From: Gammaproteobacteria bacterium
Lineage (GTDB): Bacteria; Pseudomonadota; Gammaproteobacteria; VBWC01
DNA: 64,000 bases
NCBI GenBank assembly: GCA_023266115.1
Contig: JAHFRU010000003.1
Location: forward strand, 65,978-129,977
Reading direction: 5' to 3'
Part shown: piece after piece, positions 1 to 10,699 of the stretch
Position numbering within the stretch: position 1 is the first letter of the stretch
How the letters are laid out: every line of letters begins with the position of its first letter
Made by a program: the position numbers and the translations under genes
The notes under the pieces: generated by a model
The model's database searches: none
Told to the model about the DNA's origin: nothing
The model's input: the letters and a program-made list of their open reading frames with translations, nothing else

Positions 1-1
1 G

Positions 2-430
2 TTGATCGGCGTCGTGCCTATCGTCAATCTGGAGTGGATCCAGAAGATCCATCGCGATACGTCGGCGCGTGGCTATTCTGCAGCGGCCGTGACCGACACG
101 ATCCTGCGACGCATGCCGGACTACGTGAAGACGATCACGCCGCAGTTCTCGCGCACCGATATCAATTTCCAGCGCGTGCCGATCGTCGATACGTCGAACC
201 CGTTCATCGCGCGTGATATCCCGACGCCGGACGAAAGCTTTGTCATCATCCGTTTCCGTTATCCGAAGAAGCATGACTTCCCGTATTACCAGCAGATGCT
301 GCACGGCTCATGGATGTCGCGCTATAACACGCTGGTCGTGCCGGGCGGCAAGATGGGCATGGCGATGGAGATCATTATCTACCCGGTCATTCACGACATG
401 ATGGAAAAGAAGCGCAAGGCCGCCGCCTGA
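2..430 (+). CDS. prk: Phosphoribulokinase, C-terminal part (5'-partial at window edge)
   Basis: Translation ...NTLVVPGGKMGMAMEIIIYPVIHDMMEKKRK matches the conserved PRK/CbbP C-terminus; the ORF runs off the 5' edge. Confidence 0.85.
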   Translation: MIGVVPIVNLEWIQKIHRDTSARGYSAAAVTDTILRRMPDYVKTITPQFSRTDINFQRVPIVDTSNPFIARDIPTPDESFVIIRFRYPKKHDFPYYQQMLHGSWMSRYNTLVVPGGKMGMAMEIIIYPVIHDMMEKKRKAAA

Positions 431-451
431 GCGGCCTTGCCAGCCACAATA

Positions 452-477
452 CGGGGGTCCCGGACTGCCGGCCCCCG
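452..477 (+). terminator. GC-rich hairpin after prk (possible terminator, no clear U-run)
   Basis: cgggggtcccggactgccggcccccg forms a perfect stem directly after the prk stop codon, but the T-tract is weak. Confidence 0.3.
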
Positions 478-576
478 TTGCTTGCTCACCGGTCTGCCGC
501 GGCGGTACTTCCCTGCACCGCACGGAACCCCTGAATAAATCTGGATGCTCGTGAACCAGCCGATAGCAGGCCGCTT

Positions 577-2670
577 ATGACCGACCATTTTCCCGCCAAC
601 CATCTCGCCAACGAAACTAGCCCGTATTTGCTGCAACACGCGCACAACCCGGTGCAATGGCGCCCGTGGGGCGCAGCGGCGCTGGCAACCGCGCGGCAGC
701 AAGACAAACCGATTCTGCTGTCCATTGGCTACTCGGCGTGTCACTGGTGTCACGTGATGGCGCACGAGTCGTTCGAGGATGAGGCCACCGCGGCGTTGAT
801 GAACGAGTTGTTCGTCAACATCAAGGTCGACCGCGAAGAGCGCCCCGATCTCGACAAGATCTATCAGCGCAGCCACAGCCTGCTGACGCGCCGCAACGGC
901 GGCTGGCCGCTGACCGTGTTTCTAAACCCCGGCGATCACGTGCCGTTCTTCGCCGGCACCTATTTCCCGCCGGAACCGCGTTACGGCATGCCGTCGTTCC
1001 AGGAGCTGCTGCGCCATATCGACCGCGTCTACCGCGAGCATCGTCCGGAGATCGACGAACAGAACACGATGTTTCTGAGCGCGCTGCAACAGGTGAGTAC
1101 CGCGCCGTCAGACGCTGACGCAGCGATCGGGCCGGCAGCACTCGACATGGCGCGCAACCAGCTTGAGCATAGTTACGACCCCGCGCATGGCGGCTTCGGC
1201 GGCGCGCCGAAATTCCCGCACCCGCCGAATCTGGAGCGGCTGTTGCGGCACTGGTCGGCAACGGCAATCGCCGGCAACCCGGACGGCAAGGCGCTCGACA
1301 TGGTGCTGAACACGCTGATGAAGATGGGCGACGGCGGCATCTTTGATCAGCTCGGCGGCGGCTTCTACCGCTATTCGGTCGATGAACGCTGGATGATCCC
1401 GCATTTCGAGAAAATGCTGTATGACAACGCGCTGCTGCTCGCCGTCTGCGCGCAGTCGCTGCAGATCAGCGGCAATCCGTTATTCGAACGCCTCATCACC
1501 GAGACGGCGGACTGGGTGATGCGAGAGATGCAATCGCCCGACGGCGGTTACTATGCGACGCTGGACGCCGATTCTGAAGGCGAGGAAGGCAAGTTCTATG
1601 CGTGGACGCGCGACGAGATCGCTGCGGTACTGTCCGGCAATGAACGCGCGCTGATCGAGCGCCGTTTCGGTTTCGACGGGCCGCCGAACTTCGAACACCG
1701 GTGGCATCTGCATATGCAGGCCGGCCTGAGCCAGCTGGCGGGTGAGTTCTCGCTGAGCCGCGAACAGGTGCTGGCGACGGTCGATGCCGCGCGGCGCAAG
1801 CTGTTCGCCAGGCGCGAACAGCGCGTGCGCCCGGGCCGTGACGAAAAAATCCTGCCGGCCTGGAACGGCCTGATGATCAAGGGCATGGCGCTGGCGGGGC
1901 GGGTGCTGAACCGTGCGGACATTATCGAGTCCGCGCAGCGCGCTGTCGATTTTATGTACCAAACGATGTGGCGGAACGGTCGCCTGCTGGCGACCTGCAA
2001 GGACGGTTACGCACATCTGATGGCCTATCTCGACGACCACGCGTTTCTGCTCGACGGCCTGCTCGAGTTGTTGCAAACGCGCTGGCGGCGCGCCGATCTC
2101 GATTTCGCGGTTGCGCTGGCCGAGGTGCTGCTGAGCCATTTTGAAGACAACGCCGACGGTGGTTTCTTTTTCACCGCCCATGATCACGAGCGACTGATCC
2201 AGCGGCCCAAACCGTACGCCGACGACGCGTTACCGGCCGGTAATGGCGTTGCGGCGCTGGCACTGCAACGGCTCGGACATCTGCTTGGCGAGACACGCTA
2301 TCTGGCGGCAGCCGAACGCGCGATTAAGGCGGCGTGGCCGGCGGTCATGCAGGCGCCGTATGCCCACAACGCGATGCTGGCAGCAGTCGAGGAATATTTG
2401 TATCCGCCGCAGGTGATCGTGTTGCGCGGCGCATGGCCGGATATGGCGCCATGGCTGACGCGCTGCAATACGCCTTATGCACCGCGGCGCAGCGCGATGG
2501 CGGTGCCGGACGATGCGAGCGGATTGCCCGGGTTGCTGCCCGGTGAGCGCCGCGCGGCTGACGGTCACGTCGTTGCCTACGTGTGCAGCGGCACGGTATG
2601 CGCGGCGCCGGTCACGTCATTGGCCGGACTCGATGCCGCGCTACGCGACGCCGAGGCCAGGGCGGACTGA
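577..2670 (+). CDS. Thioredoxin-domain protein, DUF255/YyaL family (N-acylglucosamine 2-epimerase-like C-terminal region)
   Basis: 697 aa; N-terminus has [16 protein letters not shown]...[18 protein letters not shown]..., typical of the thioredoxin-like DUF255 family. Confidence 0.85.
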   Translation: MTDHFPANHLANETSPYLLQHAHNPVQWRPWGAAALATARQQDKPILLSIGYSACHWCHVMAHESFEDEATAALMNELFVNIKVDREERPDLDKIYQRSHSLLTRRNGGWPLTVFLNPGDHVPFFAGTYFPPEPRYGMPSFQELLRHIDRVYREHRPEIDEQNTMFLSALQQVSTAPSDADAAIGPAALDMARNQLEHSYDPAHGGFGGAPKFPHPPNLERLLRHWSATAIAGNPDGKALDMVLNTLMKMGDGGIFDQLGGGFYRYSVDERWMIPHFEKMLYDNALLLAVCAQSLQISGNPLFERLITETADWVMREMQSPDGGYYATLDADSEGEEGKFYAWTRDEIAAVLSGNERALIERRFGFDGPPNFEHRWHLHMQAGLSQLAGEFSLSREQVLATVDAARRKLFARREQRVRPGRDEKILPAWNGLMIKGMALAGRVLNRADIIESAQRAVDFMYQTMWRNGRLLATCKDGYAHLMAYLDDHAFLLDGLLELLQTRWRRADLDFAVALAEVLLSHFEDNADGGFFFTAHDHERLIQRPKPYADDALPAGNGVAALALQRLGHLLGETRYLAAAERAIKAAWPAVMQAPYAHNAMLAAVEEYLYPPQVIVLRGAWPDMAPWLTRCNTPYAPRRSAMAVPDDASGLPGLLPGERRAADGHVVAYVCSGTVCAAPVTSLAGLDAALRDAEARAD

Positions 2671-3990
2671 GTGGCCGGTTTTATTCTCCGCTGCCTGCTC
2701 TTTAGCGCATGGCTGGCCGCGCCCGCTATCGCGGCGCCGGTATGGATACCCGGCTGGTTACCGGATGCACCGCTGACGACGCCGCGTGTCGGCGCGGCAG
2801 TGATCGCGGTACGCGGTGTGATCTACGCGATCGGCGGCATCGACGGCAGCGATTTTCTTTCATCGACAGAATACAGCCGGATACAAGCGGATCAATCGCT
2901 GGCGCCGTGGCGCGTCACCTCGCCACTGAACGAGCCGCGCGGTTTTTTTGCGGCGGCGAACTTTGGCAATTATCTGTATGTCGCTGGCGGCGGCAACGGA
3001 CCTGGCGGGCATAATCTGCTGCGCAGCGTCGAGCGTGTCCGTGTGCTCGCCGACGGCAGCCTCGGTGCGTGGGAGACCGAGCAGCACACGCTGAACCTGC
3101 CGCGCCGGTGCAGCAAACTGGTCGTCGGCGGGCGTTATGTCTACGCGTTCGGTGGCTTCGGCGGTACCTTGCTGGATTCGATCGAGCGCGCCGAGATCCT
3201 GGCCGACGGTCATCTGGGCCCATGGCGGATGCGGGAGGATCGCCTGACGGTGCCGCGTTATGTCAGCGCGATTGCCACCGCCGGCGATCAGGTGTTCATC
3301 GTCGGCGGTCATGACGAGCATGGCGGCGCCGGGATTGCCGGTGTCGAGTACGCGACGATCGCGGCCGGCGGCGATATATCAACGTGGCGCGCGGCGCCAC
3401 CGTTGCTCACCGGGCGTTATGGCTTGTCCGCCACCGCCTGGCGCGGCCACGTCTATGCGCTGGGCGGACTTGCAGGCGCGACCTATGTCGATGCGATAGA
3501 GCAGGCGTTAACGAGTGACGCGGGTGCCAGCGCATGGCGCGTGACGACGCCGCTGCCAATGCCGCTCGCCAATCTCGCCGCCGTCGTGTCCGGGGATGCC
3601 ATTTACGTCATCGGCGGCACCAATCGCGACGGCTATTACAACCGCGTTTATCGCGCGAGTTTCGACGCGCAGGGTGATATCGGTTATTACGGCAGCGCCG
3701 CAGACGCCAGACAGTTCGAGGAGCGCCGCCAGGCGCCATCGACGCAGGCGAGATCCGCGCTGCCGTATCACGGCCGGGTGCTGGAGGTGGTACAGACCGG
3801 CGCCTACACCTATCTGCGTATTGCCGGCGACGATGGCGAGCTGTGGCTGGCCGGTCCGCAGATCGATCTGGCGGTCGGTGATCGCGTGCAGTTCAGTCGC
3901 GGTGTCGAGATGGTAAATTTCTACAGCAGGACCCTGCAACGCGATTTTTCCGCGATCCGATTCGTCGAGCGTTTTGAAAAACTACCGTGA
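2671..3990 (+). CDS. Secreted Kelch-repeat protein with a C-terminal OB-like domain
   Basis: GTG start abuts the upstream stop. Signal peptide LLFSAWLAAPAIAAP; repeated Kelch-like motifs (YAIGG, YVAGG, YAFGG, FIVGG, YALGG, YVIGG). Confidence 0.7.
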   Translation: MAGFILRCLLFSAWLAAPAIAAPVWIPGWLPDAPLTTPRVGAAVIAVRGVIYAIGGIDGSDFLSSTEYSRIQADQSLAPWRVTSPLNEPRGFFAAANFGNYLYVAGGGNGPGGHNLLRSVERVRVLADGSLGAWETEQHTLNLPRRCSKLVVGGRYVYAFGGFGGTLLDSIERAEILADGHLGPWRMREDRLTVPRYVSAIATAGDQVFIVGGHDEHGGAGIAGVEYATIAAGGDISTWRAAPPLLTGRYGLSATAWRGHVYALGGLAGATYVDAIEQALTSDAGASAWRVTTPLPMPLANLAAVVSGDAIYVIGGTNRDGYYNRVYRASFDAQGDIGYYGSAADARQFEERRQAPSTQARSALPYHGRVLEVVQTGAYTYLRIAGDDGELWLAGPQIDLAVGDRVQFSRGVEMVNFYSRTLQRDFSAIRFVERFEKLP

Positions 3991-4005
3991 CGCCGGTTCG
4001 CGCCG

Positions 4006-4938
4006 CTACAGGCGATGGCCGAAGTTTTCCTCGAAGCGGTCGTCGAATTCGGCGCGCGTAAACCGGTGGTTTTGCGTGCCGGGGTTTTCAATCTTGATTG
4101 CGCCCATCATCGAGGCGATCCGGCCGCTGGTCTCCCAGTCCATCTTGTTCATCAGCCCGTACAGCAGCCCGGCGCGATAGGCATCGCCGCAGCCGGTCGG
4201 GTCGACCTGGGCGATCGGCGTCGCGGCGGGGATGTCGATACGATGGCCTTCCGCATAGATTTGCGAGCCCCTGGCGCCAAGCGTGACGATCAATGCGTCG
4301 ACCCGTTCGGCGAGTTCATGTGCGGACAGCCCGGTGCGCTGTTCAAGCACCTGCGCCTCGTAGTCATTGACGGCAACCCAGCTCGCTTTGTCGATGAAGT
4401 CCAGCAGATCATCGCCGTTAAACATCGGCAGGCCCTGGCCGGGGTCGAACATGAACGGAATACCGGCGTCGGCGAACTGCCGGGCGTGCTCGATCATGCC
4501 GTCGCGGCCGTCCGGCGCGATAACGCCGATGGTCACGCCGCGCGTATCGGTGATGCGGTTTTCGTGCGAGAAACTCATCGCACCCGGGTGAAACGCGGTG
4601 ATCTGGTTGTCATCCATATCGGTCGTGATATAGGCTTGGGCGGTGTAACTGTTCTTGATCGGCTTGAGGCGCGACATATCGATGCTGTGGGTTTCCATCC
4701 ATTGCGCATACGGCGCGAAGTCGGTGCCGACCGTGGCCATCGGGATGCCATCGCCGCCGAGCAGCGTCAGGTTATAGGCAATGTTGCCGGCGCAGCCGCC
4801 GAACTCGCGGCGCAGCTTCGGCACCAGAAACGATACATTCAGGATGTGGATACGCTCGGGCAGGATATGGCGGCTGAACTGGTCAGGGAACACCATGATG
4901 GTGTCGTAGGCAACCGAACCGCAGATAAGCGCTGACAT
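4006..4938 (-). CDS. PfkB-family carbohydrate/nucleoside kinase
   Basis: Protein from MSALICGSVAYDTIMVF... with GG and DTxGAGD-like motifs (DPTGCGDAYRAG). The internal ATG start at 4938 was chosen over the longer track ORF. Confidence 0.8.
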   Translation of the reverse strand: MSALICGSVAYDTIMVFPDQFSRHILPERIHILNVSFLVPKLRREFGGCAGNIAYNLTLLGGDGIPMATVGTDFAPYAQWMETHSIDMSRLKPIKNSYTAQAYITTDMDDNQITAFHPGAMSFSHENRITDTRGVTIGVIAPDGRDGMIEHARQFADAGIPFMFDPGQGLPMFNGDDLLDFIDKASWVAVNDYEAQVLEQRTGLSAHELAERVDALIVTLGARGSQIYAEGHRIDIPAATPIAQVDPTGCGDAYRAGLLYGLMNKMDWETSGRIASMMGAIKIENPGTQNHRFTRAEFDDRFEENFGHRL

Positions 4939-4975
4939 TGTGTGGGTCTCCAGCCGTTTTCGGGCAATCAGATTG

Positions 4976-5335
4976 TTATACCAGAACCAGCCACCAGATG
5001 GCGGCGGCATTGACCAGCGCGATAAATACCGCGGCCGATCCCATGTCCTTCGCGCGCCCCGACAGTTCGTGACGCTCGCTGCCGATCCGGTCGGCAATCG
5101 CCTCAATGGCCGAGTTGATCACCTCGACGATCAGCACCAGCAGCAGGCTGCCGATCAGCAGCGCACGCTCGATACCGCCGTCGCCCAGCCAGTAAGCGAG
5201 CGGCGCGAGTATCGTGAACAGCACCAGCTCCAGCCGGAACGCCTCTTCATGACGAAACGTGCTGACCAGACCTTGCCACGAATACACCGTCGCGTTGACC
5301 AGCCGCTTCAAGCCGCGATCGGGTGAGCCGGCCAT
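4976..5335 (-). CDS. dgkA: Diacylglycerol kinase
   Basis: 119 aa; ...NSAIEAIADRIGSERHELSGRAKDMGSAAVFIAL matches the DgkA signature. Confidence 0.85.
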   Translation of the reverse strand: MAGSPDRGLKRLVNATVYSWQGLVSTFRHEEAFRLELVLFTILAPLAYWLGDGGIERALLIGSLLLVLIVEVINSAIEAIADRIGSERHELSGRAKDMGSAAVFIALVNAAAIWWLVLV

Positions 5336-5338
5336 CGT

Positions 5339-6793
5339 TCAACCGGCCGCCGGCCGCCAGACCAGATCTAGCTCGCGGGCGGCGCGCACGTCATCGAGCC
5401 GCCGTACCGGTAACTTGTGGGGCGCACCTTTGAGCAGTGTGGCATCGGTCTGTGCCTCGGCGAGTATCTTGAGCATCGCGACGATGAAGGCGTCCAGCTC
5501 CTCCTTGGTCTCGGTCTCGGTCGGTTCGATCAGCAGACATTCCGGCACCAGCAACGGGAAATACGTCGTCGGTGCATGGAAACCGTAGTCGAGCAGGCGT
5601 TTGGCGAAATCCATGGCGGTGATACCGAGCGCCCTGGCCTGCCTTTTCAGCGTGACGATGAATTCGTGTGTTGCGCGCCGTTGCGGATAGGCGAGGTCAA
5701 AACCATTCTTCCGCAGCTGCGCCATCAGGTAGTTGGCGTTGAGCGTCGCGAACTCGGCGACGCGATGCATGCCGTCGCGTCCCAGCAGCCGCGCATAGAT
5801 ATACGCGCGTAACAGAATACCCACGTTACCGTTGGACGCGGCGAGGCGGCCCATGGTCTGCGGGCAGTCCTGTTCGGTCAGCCAGCGATAGCCCCCGTTG
5901 TCGCGCGCGACCATCGGCACGGGCAGGAACGGTATCAAACGCTCATTGACACCGACCGGCCCCGCGCCGGGTCCGCCGCCGCCGTGCGGCGTCGAGAAGG
6001 TCTTGTGCAGATTCATATGGATCACGTCGAATCCCATGTCGCCGGGTTTGACCTTGCCGAGGATCGCGTTCAGATTGGCGCCGTCGTAATAGAGCAGGCC
6101 GCCGGCCTGATGCACGATCCTTGCAATCTCCATGATACGCCGCTCGAATACGCCGAGCGTCGACGGATTGGTCAGCATGATGCCGGCCGTCTGCGGACCG
6201 ACCGCGCTGCGCAGCGCGTCCAGATCGACGTCGCCCTGATCGTTGGTCGGGATCTCGCGCACCTTGTAGCCGCACATCACCGCGGTCGCCGGGTTGGTGC
6301 CGTGCGCCGCATCCGGGACGAGTATTTCCGTGCGGGCGTGATCGTTGCGCGAATTATGATAGGCACGGATCATCGCCACACCGGCGAACTCGCCCTGCGC
6401 GCCGGCCATCGGCGCCATCGACACGGCACGCATGCCGGTGACGTCCTTGAGCATTTCCTGCAGTTCATACATACACGCGAGCAGACCCTGGCCGGTGTCG
6501 TCGGGGGCCGCCGGATGACGCGCCAGGAACTCCGGCAGCATCGCCAGCGAATTGCAGGCGCGCGGATTGTATTTCATCGTGCAGGAGCCGAGCGGATAGA
6601 AGTGCGTGTCGATCGAGAAATTTTTCTGCGAAAGCCGCGTGTAGTGACGCACTGCCTGCATCTCGGAGACCTCCGGCAGTAGCGGTCTGTCGCTGCGCAG
6701 GAACTGCGCCGGGATGTCGCTGCAGTCGACCTTGTGATGCGGCGCCTGTCCGGGATTGCGTCGCCCTGTCTGTGACTGTTCGAAAATCAGCAT
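5339..6793 (-). CDS. gcvPB: Glycine dehydrogenase (decarboxylating) subunit 2
   Basis: 484 aa; PLP-dependent C-terminal half of GcvP (split-P-protein type). Confidence 0.95.
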   Translation of the reverse strand: MLIFEQSQTGRRNPGQAPHHKVDCSDIPAQFLRSDRPLLPEVSEMQAVRHYTRLSQKNFSIDTHFYPLGSCTMKYNPRACNSLAMLPEFLARHPAAPDDTGQGLLACMYELQEMLKDVTGMRAVSMAPMAGAQGEFAGVAMIRAYHNSRNDHARTEILVPDAAHGTNPATAVMCGYKVREIPTNDQGDVDLDALRSAVGPQTAGIMLTNPSTLGVFERRIMEIARIVHQAGGLLYYDGANLNAILGKVKPGDMGFDVIHMNLHKTFSTPHGGGGPGAGPVGVNERLIPFLPVPMVARDNGGYRWLTEQDCPQTMGRLAASNGNVGILLRAYIYARLLGRDGMHRVAEFATLNANYLMAQLRKNGFDLAYPQRRATHEFIVTLKRQARALGITAMDFAKRLLDYGFHAPTTYFPLLVPECLLIEPTETETKEELDAFIVAMLKILAEAQTDATLLKGAPHKLPVRRLDDVRAARELDLVWRPAAG

Positions 6794-6799
6794 GTCGTG

Positions 6800-8164
6800 T
6801 TACCCGTGTGTGAGCAGCGCGCCGGTGGCGGCGACAAAGGCGTCGATATCCGTGGCGGTCTTGGTTTCCGTGGCGCAGACCAGCAGTGCGTTGCCGAGCT
6901 CGGGATAATCCCGGCCGAGGTCGTAGCCGCCAAGAATCCTCTGTTTGCGCAGCCCGTTTAGCAGCCCCGCGACCGGTTGATCGAATTGCAAGACGGTTTC
7001 ATGAAAACACGGCCGGTCGAACCGTTTCGCGACGCCGTTGAGCGCGGCGAGCTTGTCGGCCAGTGTTACTGTATTCGCGTGGCAGGCGCGCGCGACGCGT
7101 TCCAGCCCGTCAGGGCCGAGCAATGCCATGTGTATCGTGGCCGCGGTCACCAGCAGGCCTTGATTGGTGCAGATATTCGATGTCGCCTTGGAGCGGCGGA
7201 TATGTTGCTCGCGTGCCTGTAGCGTCAGCGTATAGCCCGGCTTGCCGTCGAGATCGACGGTGCGGCCGACGATACGCCCCGGCATTTGCCGTACGTGTTC
7301 CTGTTTGCAGGCAATGAAGCCGAACCACGGTCCGCCGGACGACAGCGGTATACCGAGTGGTTGGCCGTCACCGCAGGCGATGTCGGCGCCGTTCGCGCCC
7401 CACTGGCCGGGCGGCTTCAGCAGCGCCGCTGCCAGCGGATTGATCAGGCCGATGACCAGGGCGTTGTTGGCATGCGCCCAGTCGGTCAGCACGTCGACGT
7501 TCTCGAGCACACCGAAAAAGTTTGGCTGCGGGATCACCACGGCGGCGACATCGTCGCCCTTGAGCCGGTCGAGCGCATCGATCGTGACATGACCGCCTTG
7601 CGGGTCAAAATCAACGTCGATGATCTCGATGTTCTGGTTGCGCACGATCGTCGCCACGACCTTGCGGTAGTTCGGATGTACCGTGCGCGGCATCAGGATG
7701 CGTTTGGATTTCGATTGGCGATTGGCGCGCACCGCCATCAACACCGCCTCGGCAAGCGCCGAGCCGCCCTCGTAAAGCGATGCGTTCGACACGTCCATGC
7801 CGGTCAGGCTGGCCATCATGGTCTGGTATTCGTACAGCAGTTGCAGCGTGCCCTGGCTCGCTTCGGCCTGGTATGGCGTGTAGGCCGAGTAGAATTCGCC
7901 GCGCGTCGCGATCTGCCAGACCGCCGCCGGGATGTGATGGTCGTAGGCGCCGGCGCCGATGTAGCACTGGTAACGGCCGTCCTGTGTCGCGCGTTGCGCC
8001 ATCAGCTGGCTGATTTCCATTTCCGTCGCGCCGGGCGGGATCTTGGCGAGACTGCCCTTGCGCAGCTCGGCCGGGATCTCGTCAAACAGTTCTTCGATGC
8101 TGGACGCGCCGATGGCCGCCAGCATGGCGGCGATATCGGCCTGGGTATGGGGGATGAACGGCAC
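6800..8164 (-). CDS. gcvPA: Glycine dehydrogenase (decarboxylating) subunit 1
   Basis: 454 aa; N-terminal half of GcvP; in an operon with gcvH and gcvT. Confidence 0.95.
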   Translation of the reverse strand: MPFIPHTQADIAAMLAAIGASSIEELFDEIPAELRKGSLAKIPPGATEMEISQLMAQRATQDGRYQCYIGAGAYDHHIPAAVWQIATRGEFYSAYTPYQAEASQGTLQLLYEYQTMMASLTGMDVSNASLYEGGSALAEAVLMAVRANRQSKSKRILMPRTVHPNYRKVVATIVRNQNIEIIDVDFDPQGGHVTIDALDRLKGDDVAAVVIPQPNFFGVLENVDVLTDWAHANNALVIGLINPLAAALLKPPGQWGANGADIACGDGQPLGIPLSSGGPWFGFIACKQEHVRQMPGRIVGRTVDLDGKPGYTLTLQAREQHIRRSKATSNICTNQGLLVTAATIHMALLGPDGLERVARACHANTVTLADKLAALNGVAKRFDRPCFHETVLQFDQPVAGLLNGLRKQRILGGYDLGRDYPELGNALLVCATETKTATDIDAFVAATGALLTHG

Positions 8165-8182
8165 GGCTAACCTCGGTCGCGA

Positions 8183-8578
8183 TCAGTGTGATTCGGATTC
8201 CGCCACCGCGGCATAGGCGTGCGCGTCCAGCAGCTTGTCGAGCTCGCCCGGATTCGACGGCGCAATTTCAAACAACCAGCCATCGCTGTAGGGCGCCTGA
8301 TTGACCGTTTCCGGCGCGTCGGCGACGGTACTGTTGGTCCCGGTGACGGTGCCGCTTACCGGGGCGTAGACGTCGGATGCCGCCTTGACGGATTCGACGA
8401 CCGCGCATTCTTCACCGGCGGCCACTTGACGACCCACCTCCGGCAGTTCGATGAACACCATGTCGCCCAACTGGCCCTGCGCGTGATCGGTGATACCGAC
8501 GCGCACATTACCGTTATCGAGGCGCTGTGCCCATTCGTGGCTCTTCGCGTATCTGAGATTTCCCGGGGTCTTGGTCAT
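8183..8578 (-). CDS. gcvH: Glycine cleavage system H protein
   Basis: 131 aa from MTKTPGNLRYAKSHEWA... with the lipoyl-lysine motif ESVKAASD; RBS GGAGCGA upstream. Confidence 0.95.
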   Translation of the reverse strand: MTKTPGNLRYAKSHEWAQRLDNGNVRVGITDHAQGQLGDMVFIELPEVGRQVAAGEECAVVESVKAASDVYAPVSGTVTGTNSTVADAPETVNQAPYSDGWLFEIAPSNPGELDKLLDAHAYAAVAESESH

Positions 8579-8642
8579 CGTTGTCGCTCCGTACGGCTGG
8601 TAAACAAAGTTTAATACTCTATTGCGGATGAATCTGTGCCCG

Positions 8643-9728
8643 CTACAAACAGGACTGGCCGGCGCGGACAAACGGCGGTTTGATGATGGTTGCGTCCAGC
8701 CGTTTGCCACGTATCTCGACCTCGCAGTCGCCTTTGACCTGCCCGGCGATGCGCGCCAAGGCAATCGATTTGCCCAGCGTAGGCGAAAACGTGCCGCTGG
8801 TGATCTCGCCGACGACCTCGCCATTGACGAATACCTGCTGGTGGCTGCGTAACACGCCCTTGTCATTCAACACCAGGCCGACGAACGTGCGCTGTGGCCC
8901 GCGTTGCCTGCTGATTTCAAGACTGCGGCGGCCGATGAACTCGCGGTCTGTCGGGTCCCAGGCGACGGTCCAGCCCAGCCCCGATTCCAGCGGATGTGTC
9001 GTTTCGTCCATATCGGTTCCATACAGGTTCATGCCGGCCTCCAGCCGCAGTGTATCGCGGGCGCCGAGACCGGCGGGCTTCACGCCGGCCTTCAGCAGTT
9101 TTCGCCAGAAGGCGCTGGCCTGTGTCGCCGGCAGCATGATTTCGTAACCGTCCTCGCCGGTATAGCCGGTGCGGGCGATGATCATGTCGCGTATGCGCGC
9201 GGCACTGAACGGTGTCAGCAACGCGGTCGCGGCGCGCTGCGCCTCGTCGAGAATACCGTGTACGCGTTCACGCGCCGTGGGGCCCTGTACCGCGATCATC
9301 GCGGTGTCGGCACGCTCGTTGACGATAACATCGCGATTTTTCGCCTGCCCGATGATCCACGCGAGGTCCTTGTCGCGTGTCGCGGCATTGACGACAAGCC
9401 GGTAGTGGCGGTCATCGAAGTAATACGTGATCAGGTCATCGATCACGCCGCCGTGATCGTTCAACATGCAACTGTAGAACGCCTTGCCGGACACTTTCAG
9501 CCGGTCGATATTGTTGGCCAGCAATCCGCGCAGGAAACTTTTAACGTCGGCCCCCTCGAGGTCGACGATGGTCATGTGCGATACATCGAACATGCCGGCG
9601 TCGCGGCGCACCTGATGGTGTTCGTCGATCTGCGAACCGTAATGCAGCGGCATTTCCCAGCCGCCGAAATCGACGATCCTGGCGCCGGCGTCCAGATGTT
9701 CCTGATAGAGCGGTGTGCGTTTTCCCAT
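8643..9728 (-). CDS. gcvT: Glycine cleavage system T protein (aminomethyltransferase)
   Basis: 361 aa from MGKRTPLYQEHLDAGARIVDFGGWEMPLHYGSQIDEHH...; the internal ATG at 9728 was chosen. Confidence 0.95.
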   Translation of the reverse strand: MGKRTPLYQEHLDAGARIVDFGGWEMPLHYGSQIDEHHQVRRDAGMFDVSHMTIVDLEGADVKSFLRGLLANNIDRLKVSGKAFYSCMLNDHGGVIDDLITYYFDDRHYRLVVNAATRDKDLAWIIGQAKNRDVIVNERADTAMIAVQGPTARERVHGILDEAQRAATALLTPFSAARIRDMIIARTGYTGEDGYEIMLPATQASAFWRKLLKAGVKPAGLGARDTLRLEAGMNLYGTDMDETTHPLESGLGWTVAWDPTDREFIGRRSLEISRQRGPQRTFVGLVLNDKGVLRSHQQVFVNGEVVGEITSGTFSPTLGKSIALARIAGQVKGDCEVEIRGKRLDATIIKPPFVRAGQSCL

Positions 9729-9794
9729 GGTTCCCGTACCGGTTGGCTCGCCTTTGGTTTCCGTTATTTTTTGCTTTGCTCCGGGGCCGCACAT

Positions 9795-9830
9795 AAAAAA
9801 AGCGACAGACCGGATGCCGTGTCTGTCGCT
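9795..9830 (-). terminator. Intrinsic terminator hairpin of the glycine riboswitch expression platform
   Basis: On the minus strand, GCGACAGACACGGCAUCCGGUCUGUCGC followed by UUUUUUU, between the aptamers and the gcvT start. Confidence 0.55.
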
Positions 9831-10017
9831 CCTCTGTCCGGATACCTGAGAGCTTGAGCCCCTTCGGTGAGCGTCGTCGTGAACCGCGGTTCCGCGAAAC
9901 CTCTCTCCAGAGTCAACATACCCGTGCGGTCCTTTTGCCTGAGCGATTCCGAGCGAGGTTGCGCCTTCGGCGCCCCTGAACACTTTAGCGTAAGCCGGAT
10001 CAGGGGTCTCTCCCACA
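9831..10017 (-). promoter_or_regulatory. Tandem glycine riboswitch (two aptamers) leader of gcvTHP
   Basis: The minus strand contains GGGAGAGACCCC...CGCCGAAGGCGCAA...CUCAGGCAAAAGGAC and CUCUGGAGAGAGG...CACCGAAGGGGCUCAAG...CUCAGGUAUCCGGACAG, the conserved glycine-aptamer core sequences in tandem. Confidence 0.85.
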
Positions 10018-10210
10018 GGGGGATAACGTTGAGCGGGTCACTATACCGGCGGCATCGGAAAAATCCAAGCTGTACGCGATCACGGCGGGTCGGGCGACGC
10101 CGTGGAGCGCAGCGCCTTATCGCGGTCGAATCGGCATAGGTTCCGCTGATTTTCAGACAGATTTCGCCGATAACCTGAATGACAGACACGTACGGTGCCG
10201 GGGGTCGTCG

Positions 10211-10600
10211 GTGACCGACCCGGTGCCCGATCGGAGGTGGCAAATGCGATCGCTGGAAGGCGGTGTTCTGTACCGGACAAGCGGGCCCCTGAAGTCAGGG
10301 TCCTGGCTGGAATCGCTGATTCTATCCGGTTGTCTGCTGACGTCGCTGTTCGCGCTGTCGGCGCCGGCATTCGCTGCGGAGCCTGCCGAGATTGATGACG
10401 TCCTCGAGCCGCGCAACCGGGAGTGGAAGGATGTGCGGCTGGACGGCAGTTTGCGTGTGCGCGGTGTCGAGTTTGGCGACCGGGCCTACATCGGGCAGAC
10501 GAAGGTCGGCGGTAAATGGGGCCTCGGCATCGTCGTGGATCGTGGCGACTACGCCTACGGCGCGGCCAATCAAGGCGTTCTTTTTCTGAAACGATTCTGA
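10211..10600 (+). CDS. Hypothetical small secreted protein
   Basis: ORF with a hydrophobic signal-like segment LILSGCLLTSLFALSAPAFA; no recognisable family; start is ambiguous (10211 or 10244). Confidence 0.35.
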   Translation: MTDPVPDRRWQMRSLEGGVLYRTSGPLKSGSWLESLILSGCLLTSLFALSAPAFAAEPAEIDDVLEPRNREWKDVRLDGSLRVRGVEFGDRAYIGQTKVGGKWGLGIVVDRGDYAYGAANQGVLFLKRF

Positions 10601-10699
10601 CGATTCGCTGTTTCTCGGCCGGCCTGGTGTTGGTGGCGGCGGTTGGACTTCCCGGGGTGCGTTATATACCATCGGCCGAACACTGTTTCTTGACTGCCG

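Noticed and set aside
4015-4935. 306-aa ORF on the plus strand
   Set aside because: Fully antisense to the well-supported PfkB kinase gene; Arg/Ala/Gly-rich composition typical of antisense frames in high-GC DNA.
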